A DNA stretch of 60,417 bases, counting the filler, from Dehalococcoidia bacterium (GTDB lineage: Bacteria; Chloroflexota; Dehalococcoidia; DSTF01; RBG-16-68-14), in assembly GCA_040882355.1 (NCBI GenBank). It is 3 parts of 2 records of this genome, joined end to end, with 100 filler letters (N's around TTAATTAATTAA, not from the genome) between each part and the next. Parts side by side here need not be neighbours in the genome. Positions count along the whole stretch, not along the records: positions 17,409 to 40,525 come from JBBEBM010000042.1; 2 more parts are not named here. One strand, written 5' to 3'. Shown piece by piece: positions 19,507 to 30,471 of the stretch (position 1 is the stretch's first letter; each line of letters opens with the position of its first letter). Below the pieces are notes generated by a model. It searched no databases and was not told where the DNA came from. It was given only the letters and a program-made list of their open reading frames with translations. Both the position numbers and the translations under genes were made by a program.

Positions 19507-19567
19507 GTAGCCGAGACTTTCCAGTCTCGGCGCGCATGTCACGGCGAGGCTGGAAAGCCTCGCCTAC
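19507..19567. repeat. REP doublet (two inverted GTAG REPs)
   Basis: GTAGCCGAGACTTTCCAGTCTCGGC ... GCGAGGCTGGAAAGCCTCGCCTAC. Confidence 0.7.
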
Positions 19568-19596
19568 GGAGTGTAGACGAGCGCGAGGACACGCCG

Positions 19597-20673
19597 TCAT
19601 CGCTTCCTCGGCATCAGGACCGTGTAGTCGAGATCGAGGACCACATTCGGGTGGTACTGCTCGCGGTTCGTATCAGGGTCGCGGGTCTTCAGCTCGATGG
19701 GGTGCTCGTTCGGGTCGAGGTTCTTCACGCCTACGAGGCGCAGGCGAAGCGCGCCCGCGTCGCGCCGGCCGAGGTCGATGCGCTCCAGCACGTCCGTCCA
19801 GGCGAAGAGCGTGTCCCCGGCGACGGTGGGGTTCGCGTGGGCGCCGGCGTTGAAGGCGAGCACGCGGATTGCGTTCTCCAGGCCGTCGTACGAGAGGGCG
19901 TGGCAGACGGAGATGATGTGCCCGCCGTAGATGATGCGCCGGCCGAGGCGCGACTTCTCCTGGAGGAGCTGGTTGAAGTGGACGCGGGCGTTGTTCTGGT
20001 AAAGGCGCGTCGCCATCTGGTGTTCGGCGTCTTCCAGCGTCATGCCCTGCGGGTGGACGATGCGCTCGCCCGGCTCGTAGTCCTCCCAGAAGAACGCGCC
20101 GCCCGTCGCGACGGGGTCGAAGCGGCTGAGGTCAAGCTCGTCCGGCACGCTCAGGTGCTCGACCGCGACGTGGGACGGGAGCTCGGGCGCGTCGTTCGCG
20201 CCGGTGTTCGTGTTTGGGTCGCGCTTGTTCACCATCGCCCAGCGGTAGAACTGGAGTACCGGCTCGTCCCTCTGGTTGAAGCCGCGCGTGCGCACCCAGA
20301 CGATGCCCACTTCCGGTCGCGACGTCTCGCGCCGGCCGATCACCTCCGTTTCGGCGTGGAGGGTGTCGCCCGGGAAGACGGGGCGGAGGAAGCGGACATC
20401 GGCATAGCCGAGGTTCGCAGGGGAGTTGAGGGAGACGTCGGGAACGGCGCGCCCGAAGACGAGATGGAAAACGAGCAGGTCGTGGGCGGGCTCACGCGGA
20501 AAGCCGAGAGCTTTGGCGAGCTCGGTCGAACAGTGGAGGGGACGCCGGTCGCCGGTGAGGGCGATGTAGACGGCGAGGTCGCCCTCGGTTACGGTGCGCG
20601 GGACGGCGTGGTGGAAGACCTGCCCAACGGCGAAGTCCTCTAAGAAGTTGCCAGCGCGAGTTTTCGTGGCCAT
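19597..20673 (-). CDS. mch: Mesaconyl-CoA hydratase (beta-methylmalyl-CoA dehydratase; double hot-dog)
   Basis: KT.AGNFLEDF..GQ..HAVPRTVTEGD, FHLVFG..VPDVSLN..ANLGYA, ATRLYQNNARVHF, IYGGHIIS, GALRLRLV and VLDLDY. Confidence 0.9.
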   Translation of the reverse strand: MATKTRAGNFLEDFAVGQVFHHAVPRTVTEGDLAVYIALTGDRRPLHCSTELAKALGFPREPAHDLLVFHLVFGRAVPDVSLNSPANLGYADVRFLRPVFPGDTLHAETEVIGRRETSRPEVGIVWVRTRGFNQRDEPVLQFYRWAMVNKRDPNTNTGANDAPELPSHVAVEHLSVPDELDLSRFDPVATGGAFFWEDYEPGERIVHPQGMTLEDAEHQMATRLYQNNARVHFNQLLQEKSRLGRRIIYGGHIISVCHALSYDGLENAIRVLAFNAGAHANPTVAGDTLFAWTDVLERIDLGRRDAGALRLRLVGVKNLDPNEHPIELKTRDPDTNREQYHPNVVLDLDYTVLMPRKR

Positions 20674-20984
20674 GGGATCGAGTACAAGGGCGGCCTGCGC
20701 CGGCTGGCGAGGCCGCCTGTGGAATTGTACTCGACCGGCTGGAGGGGCGGAAGCTGGGTCAGCGGATAGGAAACGGACAAGCGGATGGCAGATGGGGCGC
20801 GAAGGTGGTCGTGCTGCTCTTCGATTGGGCCGGACAGACCTTCCGCCAGAGCGCGGACCCGCCTTCGGCGGGGAAGGTCTGTCCCAACAGGCTGATGCCT
20901 AGAACAGCATCCGGCCCCAGGCGCGGCGGGGGCGTCGCTGGGGCCGGACGGTGGCATCGGGATGCACCGGCTTGGGTGGGGAGG

Positions 20985-21179
20985 CTATGGCGCCGGTGCT
21001 ACCCTGGACCTACCTGAGATGAACGATGGGAGCGGGAGCCCCCGGAGGCGAGGAAAGGCCGAGCGTCGCGAGGCCGCCTTGCGCTCCACCGTCGCCAGCG
21101 CCTGGGCCTCGCGGAGGACTGCCGCCGCCTCGCGCATTCGTTCCTGGTGGCTTGCCTGCATGAACTCCTGGCTGATCAT
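20985..21179 (-). CDS. Small hypothetical protein (64 aa)
   Basis: SD AAGGAG and ATG at 21179; MISQEFMQASHQERMREAA helical start; divergent from crp. Confidence 0.6.
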   Translation of the reverse strand: MISQEFMQASHQERMREAAAVLREAQALATVERKAASRRSAFPRLRGLPLPSFISGRSRVAPAP

Positions 21180-21236
21180 GGCGGTTCTCCTTAACCTCTT
21201 CGTAGCTTCAGGATAGCCCCGATTGGAGGGCCTTTC

Positions 21237-21252
21237 TATGAAGTACTTCACA
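21237..21252. promoter_or_regulatory. CRP/FNR-family binding site
   Basis: TATGA-AGTACT-TCACA, one mismatch to TGTGA-N6-TCACA, between divergent genes next to a Crp gene. Confidence 0.65.
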
Positions 21253-21281
21253 CAACGGCCCAATCCCGTGAAAATGAGGGT

Positions 21282-21959
21282 ATGGACCAACACCAGGACC
21301 TGATCCGCGACGTCCCCCTGCTTGCCCGCCTGCCGGAGGCCGACCTGAGCGCCCTTGCCTCGCGCGGGCGGGTGCGGAGCTACCGGTCTGGGGACCTGAT
21401 TTTCCGCGAGGGCGAGCCCGGCGATTCGCTCCACATGGTGGTCGAGGGCCAGGTGCGCATCGTCGTGCTCTCGCCCCTCGGCGAAGAGGTGACAGTGACC
21501 TACCTGGGGCAGGGCGAGTGTGTGGGCGACCTGGCGCTGCTGGACGGCCGGCCGCGTTCGGCGAGCGCGATCGCGTCGCAGGCGACGAAGACACTGGTGG
21601 TCACTCGCGGCGACTTCCGGCGCTGGCTGCGGGAGCGCCCGCAGGCAGCGTTCGCGCTACTGGAGACGCTGAGCCTGCGCGTACGCCGGACGGACGAGGC
21701 GCTCGCCGACCTGGCTCTGCTCGATCTGCCGAGCCGGTTGGCGAAGCGGCTGCTGTCTCTCTCGGGCGCGCGTCAGCCGGCGAAGGGCGGCTCGCCCGCG
21801 AAGCTGCGCATCACCCAGGCGGAGATGGCGTCGATGATGGGGGTGAGTCGGGAGAGCGTGAACAAGCAGCTCAACGCCTTCGCGCGCGAAGGGTGGGTGT
21901 CGCTGGGGCGCGGCTCGGTGACGGTCACGGACGCGAAGGCGCTGCGAGACCTGGCGTAG
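21282..21959 (+). CDS. Crp/Fnr-family transcriptional regulator
   Basis: IFREGEPGD, GDLALLDGRPRSASA (cNMP-binding) and HTH TQAEMASMMGVSRESVNK. Confidence 0.95.
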   Translation: MDQHQDLIRDVPLLARLPEADLSALASRGRVRSYRSGDLIFREGEPGDSLHMVVEGQVRIVVLSPLGEEVTVTYLGQGECVGDLALLDGRPRSASAIASQATKTLVVTRGDFRRWLRERPQAAFALLETLSLRVRRTDEALADLALLDLPSRLAKRLLSLSGARQPAKGGSPAKLRITQAEMASMMGVSRESVNKQLNAFAREGWVSLGRGSVTVTDAKALRDLA

Positions 21960-22026
21960 GCTCTCTGGCACCGGATTCCAAACGGACCAACGAATGGCGA
22001 GCACTTGCGCCGGCGGCCGTCGGCCA

Positions 22027-22050
22027 GGGCGCCCAGATGGGCGACCCTAC
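22027..22050 (-). repeat. GTAG-type REP hairpin
   Basis: Minus strand reads GTAGGGTCGCCC-ATCT-GGGCGCCC. Confidence 0.5.
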
Positions 22051-22082
22051 ATCCGCCCGTTCACGCGGAAGACCCGCCGGAT

Positions 22083-22330
22083 CTGCGCGGCAGGCGGTTC
22101 CCGAGGCGGGAGCGGCGGAAAGGGAGCGTGGGGTTCGGTCTGCCCGCCCTCACCCCGCCTGCCGGCACCCCTCTCCCAATTGTGAGAGGGGACACGGACG
22201 TCCTCGATGATTAGTCGCGCGGGAGCCGCTGCCCGACGGGCGGCAGCGGCGGGAACGGCGCGTGAGGCTCCGTTTGGTCCTCCCTCACCTCGTCCTGCCG
22301 GGCATCCCTCTCCCAAGGCTGGGAGAGGGG
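22083..22330 (-). repeat. Two extra copies of the DUF2961 gene 3' end, each preceded by a CCCCTCTC..GAGAGGG hairpin element
   Basis: 22211-22276 encodes QTEPHAPFPPLPPVGQRLPRD*. 22083-22142 encodes QTEPHAPFPPLPP/(frameshift)RLPR. The gene itself ends QTEPHAPFPLLPPAGDRLPRA*. Confidence 0.85.
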
Positions 22331-22355
22331 CCGATCGCGAGCCGACCTCGATTGG

Positions 22356-23414
22356 TTAGGCGCGTGGCAGGCGGTCTCCCGCGGGCGGGAGAAGTGGGAA
22401 GGGAGCGTGGGGTTCGGTCTGGTACCAGTACGCGGTCGATGAGTAGTCGTGCGAGTTCTCGTTGGCGTGGCCGTGCTCGACGGTGACGCGGACCGACTCG
22501 CGGAAGTGGACGGGGTCTTCGATGTGGAAGCGGTACATGGAGTGCTTGCCGCCATACGGCGAGCCGTCGTTCGAGGTGAGGGGCAGGCCGTGGTAGGGGC
22601 CGCAGAACTCCTCCTGCGGGCTCCAGGCGGTGTTGAAGTAGTCCTCCGTGCCGGTGCCGTGGAGCGTCGGCGAGCTGTCGCCGTCGATGTAGATCATGTC
22701 GTCGCCCTCGCCGTACCAGTCGTTCTTGCCGCGGGCGAAGCAATCGATGTTCAGGCTGCAGCCGACGTAGTGGCCGCGGCCACGCGCCTCCAGGATGACG
22801 TAGTTGCCCTCGCCGGTGAGGTTGGGCGTGGCGAATACCTCGCCCAGGTAGTCGGGGTTGCCGGCGAAGAGACGAGCGTCGTCGCCCCAGCCGTCGGTGG
22901 GGTTCTGGCGGCGCCACTGCGCGTGGAAGCAGGCGGCGTTCTCGGGCGGGCGGTCGTAGGTCTCGTAGTCGACGTAGAAGTAGGCGGCGAGGCGGCGCTC
23001 GCCGTCGTTTGTCAGGTCGATGCGCCCGCCCCGCGCGAAGGGCATCGGGAAGTAGCAGTTGAAGCCACGCCCGTCGCGCGGGCTCATCGTAAGCGGCAGC
23101 GACCAGAACTCCTTCGTGATGCCGTGGCCGATGCCGAAGAAGTCGCCCGTCGGCGCTTCGACGCAGGGCGTGTCGGCGCCGTCCCAGTACATGCGCAGCA
23201 CGCTGCGTCGCGGGAAGGCGTCCTCGCGCGAGGCGAGCGTCATCCAGATGTGACGGACGGCGCCCGCGCCCTCGATCTGCGCGAGCGTGCGTGTCTCGCC
23301 GGGCTGGAGCAGCCAGAAGTCGGCATTGCCGCCAGTCCTGTCGTACGACGAGGCGCGGCCGCGGCGGGCGTCGCGGAGGAAGGCGAGGCCGGAGAGCGAG
23401 GATGGGCCGAGCAT
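22356..23414 (-). CDS. DUF2961 / glycoside hydrolase family 172 protein
   Basis: SSYDRTGGNAD, GAVRHIWMT, GDFFG, NCYFPMPF, WYGEGDD, GTGTEDYF and YRFHIEDPV.F. Confidence 0.92.
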   Translation of the reverse strand: MLGPSSLSGLAFLRDARRGRASSYDRTGGNADFWLLQPGETRTLAQIEGAGAVRHIWMTLASREDAFPRRSVLRMYWDGADTPCVEAPTGDFFGIGHGITKEFWSLPLTMSPRDGRGFNCYFPMPFARGGRIDLTNDGERRLAAYFYVDYETYDRPPENAACFHAQWRRQNPTDGWGDDARLFAGNPDYLGEVFATPNLTGEGNYVILEARGRGHYVGCSLNIDCFARGKNDWYGEGDDMIYIDGDSSPTLHGTGTEDYFNTAWSPQEEFCGPYHGLPLTSNDGSPYGGKHSMYRFHIEDPVHFRESVRVTVEHGHANENSHDYSSTAYWYQTEPHAPFPLLPPAGDRLPRA

Positions 23415-23608
23415 GCGCCCATTATAGGCGAGCGGTAGCCGTCAGCCGATGACGGGTTGACGAATAGAGAAGCGCCACCGACTGGTTGGTGCTCTCGACC
23501 CGCGGCCTCACCCTAACGCCAACAACTCACGCTGGGCATGGCCTGCTTGTCGTTCGCGGGCCCGCTTCGCGCGGAGGAGGTGATTCGAGGCGTGGCGCTC
23601 AGAAAGCG

Positions 23609-23631
23609 CGATTCTGCAAAACGTAATGACA
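23609..23631 (+). repeat. Dispersed intergenic repeat, copy 1
   Basis: CGATTCTGCAAAACGTAATGACA, 21/23 identical to 45140-45162. Confidence 0.6.
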
Positions 23632-23652
23632 CGTTTCGAGGTGTAGTGTGCG

Positions 23653-25707
<2,055 letters not shown>

Positions 25708-25713
25708 GGGGGC

Positions 25714-25747
25714 GGTTGCTGGTTGCTCGTCGCTGGTTGCTGGTACT
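25714..25747. repeat. Heptamer tandem repeat (GGTYGCT)n
   Basis: GGTTGCT GGTTGCT CGTCGCT GGTTGCT GGTACT. Confidence 0.65.
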
Positions 25748-25785
25748 GGCGGGCGACCGGGGACCGCCACCGACCCGAAGATCGG

Positions 25786-26202
25786 CTAGTCGACGGCCAC
25801 GAGGACTTCGCCGCCCTCTTCCTTCACCTCGTAGGTCGGGACGTTGCGCTTCATGAACGCGGGGAGGGTCGCGTCGTAGATGAGCTTGAGGATCGCCGGG
25901 CGCTGCGCCCATTTGGCGACACAGCCGTCGGTGACGTCGAACTGGGCGCCGTGCCACGGGCATTCGAGCAGCGTGCCGTTGAGGGTGCCCTTGCCGAGGC
26001 GGGCGAACAGGTGCGAGCAGCGCCCACCGAGCGCGAAGAGCTGGCCACCGACGACCCGGCCGACGGCGACCTCCTTGCCGCGCGCCTTGAGCTGGCGCAC
26101 CTCACCCTCCGGCAACTCATCGGACTTGCAGACCGAGACGAAGGTGTACGCGGTCGAGTCTTTGCCCTTCGGCGCTTCGGTCCGTTTGGTGTCGACGGCC
26201 AC
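25786..26202 (-). CDS. Rieske [2Fe-2S] ferredoxin
   Basis: CSH...CPWHGAQFD motifs; SD GGAGG before GTG at 26202. Confidence 0.9.
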   Translation of the reverse strand: MAVDTKRTEAPKGKDSTAYTFVSVCKSDELPEGEVRQLKARGKEVAVGRVVGGQLFALGGRCSHLFARLGKGTLNGTLLECPWHGAQFDVTDGCVAKWAQRPAILKLIYDATLPAFMKRNVPTYEVKEEGGEVLVAVD

Positions 26203-26293
26203 GTTCGCTCCTCCCGATTCGAGCTTGCTCAGCGCAGCGATCAGAGCGTACAGGAACGCGAAAACAGGAACAAGGAACGAGGCTGCGCGCGTC

Positions 26294-26378
26294 TTGACAC
26301 TAGGTCTCAGTTGGCGTATGCTGCCCTTCTGAGACGCCGTCTCAGTTTCTTTTGGACAGGACTGATACCGGGTCTCAA
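26294..26378 (+). promoter_or_regulatory. sigma70 promoter with three TGAGAC-N3-GTCTCA operators (probable Fur/Zur-family boxes)
   Basis: TTGACA(26294)-N17-TATGCT(26317). Palindromes at 26294-26310, 26329-26345 (perfect arms) and 26362-26378. Confidence 0.75.
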
Positions 26379-26400
26379 TAAGCAGAGTGGAGGAATCGAA

Positions 26401-27297
26401 ATGACCCGCCGCATGACACTGCCGCTCGCGCTGGTGCTCGCCGCAAGTCTGGCAGCCGGCACGATTGGCCTCGCCTGCGACGACGACGAGCCGGCGGATG
26501 AGAGCAACGTTCAGGTGGTGACGAGCCTGGAGATCTTCGCGGACATGGCGCGGAACGTGGGCGGCGATAGCGTCCAGGTGGACGCCCTCCTGCCGCCGGG
26601 CGCCGACCCGCACACGTACGAGCTGGCGCCCAACAGCGTCGCGGACGTCGCGCGAGCGGACGTCGTCTTCATCAACGGCCTCGGGCTGGAGGAGAGCATC
26701 GAGGACGTAGTGCGCAACAACGCGGACGAGGTCGTCGAGCTGAGCGAGGGGCTGCGCGTAGTCGAAGGGGAGGACGAGGAGGGCAACCCCCATCTGTGGC
26801 TGGACGTGACGAACGCGATGGCCTACGTCGAACGCATCCGCGACACGCTCGTCGAGGTGGACCCCGACGGCGCCGGCGAATACGAAGCGAACGCCGAAGC
26901 CTACCTCGCCGAGCTCGGGAAACTCGACGCAGACATGGAGGCGGCCGTGCAAGCGATACCGGCGGAGAACCGCAAGCTGGTCACCTTCCACGACGCCTAT
27001 CCATACTTGGCCGAGCGTTACGGGTTGGAGGTCGTTGGCGTGGCTGTGCCTTCGCCGGGCCAGGAGCCGAATGCGCAGGACATCGCGGCGCTGACCGAGA
27101 CGCTTGAGTCGCAGGGCGTGCCGGCAGCGTTCAAGGAACCGCAGTTCAACGCGGAGGTCCTGGAGCTGGCTGCCGACGACGCCGGCGTGCGCGTGCTGGA
27201 CCTGCTCAGCGACGCCTTCATCGAGGACGTGGACTCGTACACCGAGCTGATGCGCTATAACATGCGACAGTTGGAGGAGGGACTAGGTGGCAACTGA
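26401..27297 (+). CDS. znuA: Zn/Mn ABC transporter substrate-binding lipoprotein (ZnuA/PsaA family)
   Basis: SD GGAGG; lipobox GLAC; DPHTYE, NPHLWLD, FHDAY.Y and KEPQF. Confidence 0.92.
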   Translation: MTRRMTLPLALVLAASLAAGTIGLACDDDEPADESNVQVVTSLEIFADMARNVGGDSVQVDALLPPGADPHTYELAPNSVADVARADVVFINGLGLEESIEDVVRNNADEVVELSEGLRVVEGEDEEGNPHLWLDVTNAMAYVERIRDTLVEVDPDGAGEYEANAEAYLAELGKLDADMEAAVQAIPAENRKLVTFHDAYPYLAERYGLEVVGVAVPSPGQEPNAQDIAALTETLESQGVPAAFKEPQFNAEVLELAADDAGVRVLDLLSDAFIEDVDSYTELMRYNMRQLEEGLGGN

Positions 27298-28081
27298 CGT
27301 CCGAACTCAGGCGCCCGCCACGAGCGCAGTCGCGGTGAGCGACCTCTGGGCCGGCTACGACGGCGAGCCGGCCCTCGAAGGCGTGTCCTTCGAGCTACCG
27401 CAGGGCTCGCTCGTGGGGCTCGCCGGGCCGAACGGCTCAGGCAAGTCGACGCTGCTGAAGGCGGTGCTCGGGCTGGTACGTCCATGGCGCGGACGCATCG
27501 AGCTGTTCGGCGATCGCATCGATGCCGTGCGCCAGCGGGTCGGCTACGCGCCGCAGGCGGAGCTTGTCGACTGGGACTTCCCGGCGACGGTGGGCGACGT
27601 GGTGATGATGGGGCGTTACGGCCGGATCGGCCTGCTGCGGCGACCGCGCGCGGCCGACCGCGAGGCGGTGGGCCGGGCGCTCGCGCAGGTGGGGCTCGAA
27701 TCGCTCGCCGAACGGCAGATCGGCGAGCTCTCGGGCGGCCAGCAGCGGCGCATGCTGATCGCGCGGGGGCTGGCGCAGGAGGCGGACCTGCTGCTGCTGG
27801 ATGAACCGATGGTGGGGCTGGACGCGACGACCCAGCACGCGCTCCTGGCCCTTTTCGAGGCGCTGCGCGGCCAGGGAAAGACGCTGCTGGTCGCGACGCA
27901 CGACCTGTCGTGTGTGGCCGCGTGCTTCGACCTGGCGCTGCTGCTCAACCGGCGGCTCGTCGCGTTCGGCGCGCCGGGCGAGGTCTTCAAACCCGAGATC
28001 CTGAACGAAGCGTTCGCGGAGCACCTCCTGCTCATCCCAACCGAAGGCGGCGTCTTCGTCGGCCACCACGGCCATGGCTGA
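27287..28081 (+). CDS. znuC: Zn/Mn ABC transporter ATPase
   Basis: GPNGSGKST, LSGGQQRR, LLLDEP and THDL. Confidence 0.92.
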   Translation: MATDVRTQAPATSAVAVSDLWAGYDGEPALEGVSFELPQGSLVGLAGPNGSGKSTLLKAVLGLVRPWRGRIELFGDRIDAVRQRVGYAPQAELVDWDFPATVGDVVMMGRYGRIGLLRRPRAADREAVGRALAQVGLESLAERQIGELSGGQQRRMLIARGLAQEADLLLLDEPMVGLDATTQHALLALFEALRGQGKTLLVATHDLSCVAACFDLALLLNRRLVAFGAPGEVFKPEILNEAFAEHLLLIPTEGGVFVGHHGHG

Positions 28082-28958
28082 CGTCTGGGCCTGGTTCGCC
28101 GACCCGCTGGAGTTCGAGTTCATGCGGCGGGCGCTCCTCGCCGTCGCCCTCGTCGGCATCGTCAGCGCCGTCGTCGGCGCGTTCGTCGTCGTGCGGGGGA
28201 TGGCGTTCATCGGCGACGCGCTGGCGCACTCGTCGTTCGCAGGAGTCGCGGCGGCGTTCGCGCTGGGCGCGTCGATCTACCTGGGCGCCATCGTCGCGGC
28301 GGTGGCGACGGCGCTGGGCATCGCCTACATCTCGCAGCGGGCGCGGCTCCGCTTCGATACGGCGATCGGTGTGCTCTTCGCCGGCGCCTTCGCCCTGGGC
28401 ATCGTGATCGTCAGCCGGCAGGACAACTACACTGTCGACCTGTTCAGCTTCATGTTCGGCAACGTGCTGGGCGTGAGCTGGAACGACCTGGCGCTGATGG
28501 CGGCGATCGGCGCGCTGGTCGTCGGGCTCATCGCCGTTTTCTACAAGGAACTGCTCTTCATCGCATACGACTCCACCGTCGCGACCGCCGCCGGCATCCC
28601 GACGCGCCCGCTGGAGTACGGCCTGCTGGCGCTGATCGCGCTCTCGACCGTCGTCGCGCTCCAGGCCGTCGGCATCGTCCTCGTCATCGCGATGCTGGTG
28701 ACGCCCGCGGCGACGGCGGGCCTGCTGGTGCGCCGCCTGCACCACGTCATCTTCCTCGGCGTGGCGGTCGCGCTCGTTTCGGCCGTGGTGGGGCTGTACG
28801 TCTCGTACCACGCGAGCGTCGCGTCGGGCGCGAGCATCGTGCTCGTCGCGACGGCGCTGTTCGCGGTGGCGCTGCTGCTGGCGCCGCGACGGGGCGTGGT
28901 CGCGCGCTGGCGCGTCGACCGGGCGCGGCGCAACGACCTGGCGAAGGCGCTCCCATGA
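28074..28958 (+). CDS. znuB: Zn/Mn ABC transporter permease
   Basis: GDALAHSSF, DTAIG, FGNVLG and LVTPAATA. Confidence 0.92.
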   Translation: MADVWAWFADPLEFEFMRRALLAVALVGIVSAVVGAFVVVRGMAFIGDALAHSSFAGVAAAFALGASIYLGAIVAAVATALGIAYISQRARLRFDTAIGVLFAGAFALGIVIVSRQDNYTVDLFSFMFGNVLGVSWNDLALMAAIGALVVGLIAVFYKELLFIAYDSTVATAAGIPTRPLEYGLLALIALSTVVALQAVGIVLVIAMLVTPAATAGLLVRRLHHVIFLGVAVALVSAVVGLYVSYHASVASGASIVLVATALFAVALLLAPRRGVVARWRVDRARRNDLAKALP

Positions 28959-29371
28959 GCGACGACGTCGCCGCGCGTCTCGCCGTCGTCCGTGAGTTCG
29001 CGCAGACGTCGCCCTACTACCAGGCGATGGGTATGGAGCTGGCGGCGATGGAGGAGGGCCGCGTCGTGTTGCGCGTCGTCGTCCAGCCGTCGCACCTGAA
29101 CGCGGACGGCATCGTCCACGGCGGCGTCCTGCCCGCGATCGCGGACGGCGCGATGGGCAACGCGCTGCGCACCCTCCACGGCGACGCGCAGGTGCTCACC
29201 GCCGAAGTTCACCTCCACTATCTGCGCCCGGTGACGGGCGGCGCGCTGCTTGCCGATGGCCGCGTCGTGCAGTCCGGGCGGCGGCTTTCGTTCGCGGAGG
29301 TGGAGATCCGCGACGAGGCGAGCGGCCGGGCCGTGGCGAAGGGTAGCGGCCTGTTCGTCATCGAGGTTTGA
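28955..29371 (+). CDS. PaaI-family thioesterase
   Basis: HLNADGIVHGG..AIAD and HYLRPV hot-dog motifs. Confidence 0.9.
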   Translation: MSDDVAARLAVVREFAQTSPYYQAMGMELAAMEEGRVVLRVVVQPSHLNADGIVHGGVLPAIADGAMGNALRTLHGDAQVLTAEVHLHYLRPVTGGALLADGRVVQSGRRLSFAEVEIRDEASGRAVAKGSGLFVIEV

Positions 29372-29756
29372 TTGACCAGTCCGTTTTGCAAAATCACCCT
29401 TTCCAGGAGGCGGCTCCCGAAGCCGGCCGACGCCTTGGGCGGCGGGCTGTGAATCTGAGCGGGGCGTTTGATTGATCCGGCTCAAAACCTCGCTCAGGAC
29501 TGGCCGGCTGGAAGGTGGCAGTTGGCTCGGCAGAATCGTGTTTTCCCGGCGGGACATGGCCGATCTCCTCTCGATTCGCATCTAGCGCGGGCCCGCCGAA
29601 CGGCGCATGCCTGCGCAGGGTTATCGAGGGTAGGGTAGGGCCGCGGTGGGAGAGCGCGAAGGGGTGGACGGCACCGCACCGGTCGCTGGTCGCTCGTTGG
29701 TAGTGGGTCAGTTTGATTGAATCTGCATGATGGCAGATGATCCGAGCGTCACCACT

Positions 29757-30194
29757 CTATGGGGTCGCCTCGTCGTCCCACGTGATGGCAAGGGGCAACA
29801 CCGCGACCGGTTCACCATCGCACAGGAACCGGAACTCGTAGTCGGTGCTTCGCTGAAAGACGAACTCCCCGCTATCGATTTCGATAATCAGTCTGTGGTC
29901 TGGCGTTGGCCCCCAAGTGAACGTCCTGGGCGGAAGGAATAGATCGGGTTCCGTGAGAGATGAGCCGAACGCCCCGACAATCGTAACGTCCCTTTCAGGT
30001 TCGCCGCCCCGCAAGTCCAGAACGGCCAGCATCGCCGGAAACGTGCAGAGCATCCCATCCTTGCCTGAGGCGACGTAGTCCGCTCGTGTGCTGGACGGCA
30101 GGCGCAAGCTCGTGATGGGCACGATCTCCAGTAGTTCGCCGTCACCACCCCGGCGATCCTTCACCAAGGCGCCTGCAACCACTCGGATAGCCAT
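29757..30194 (-). CDS. Hypothetical beta-rich passenger protein (DUF6941-like)
   Basis: SD GGAGG; 145 aa; C-terminal YEFRFLCDGEPVAVLPLAI pattern. Confidence 0.55.
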   Translation of the reverse strand: MAIRVVAGALVKDRRGGDGELLEIVPITSLRLPSSTRADYVASGKDGMLCTFPAMLAVLDLRGGEPERDVTIVGAFGSSLTEPDLFLPPRTFTWGPTPDHRLIIEIDSGEFVFQRSTDYEFRFLCDGEPVAVLPLAITWDDEATP

Positions 30195-30231
30195 CTTGCG
30201 CCCTCCCTGGTAGGTGTGGCATCATAGTAGC

Positions 30232-30471
30232 ATGCCCAAGCGGTCAAGCAAGCCCCGTGACGTGAACGCCCTGGCCGCGTCTATCGTGGCCGAGGCGACG
30301 GGCGACGCACCGGCGCAGCGTAATGACGGCAAGAACCCTGCCGCCGTCGCGCTAGGTAGGCTGGGCGGGCTCAAGGGCGGCAAGGCGCGGGCGGCCAAGC
30401 TCAGCGCCAAGAAGCGGCGGGAGATCGCGAAGAAGGCGGCGGCGGCGCGATGGGAACGAGCTCGGCGCTAA
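30232..30471 (+). CDS. Small Lys/Ala-rich basic protein typical of IS1-like element cargo (often annotated histone H1-like)
   Basis: PRDVNALA..IV..ATG, KNPAAVALGRLGGLKGGKARA..LS...R.EIAKKAA.ARW. Confidence 0.85.
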   Translation: MPKRSSKPRDVNALAASIVAEATGDAPAQRNDGKNPAAVALGRLGGLKGGKARAAKLSAKKRREIAKKAAAARWERARR

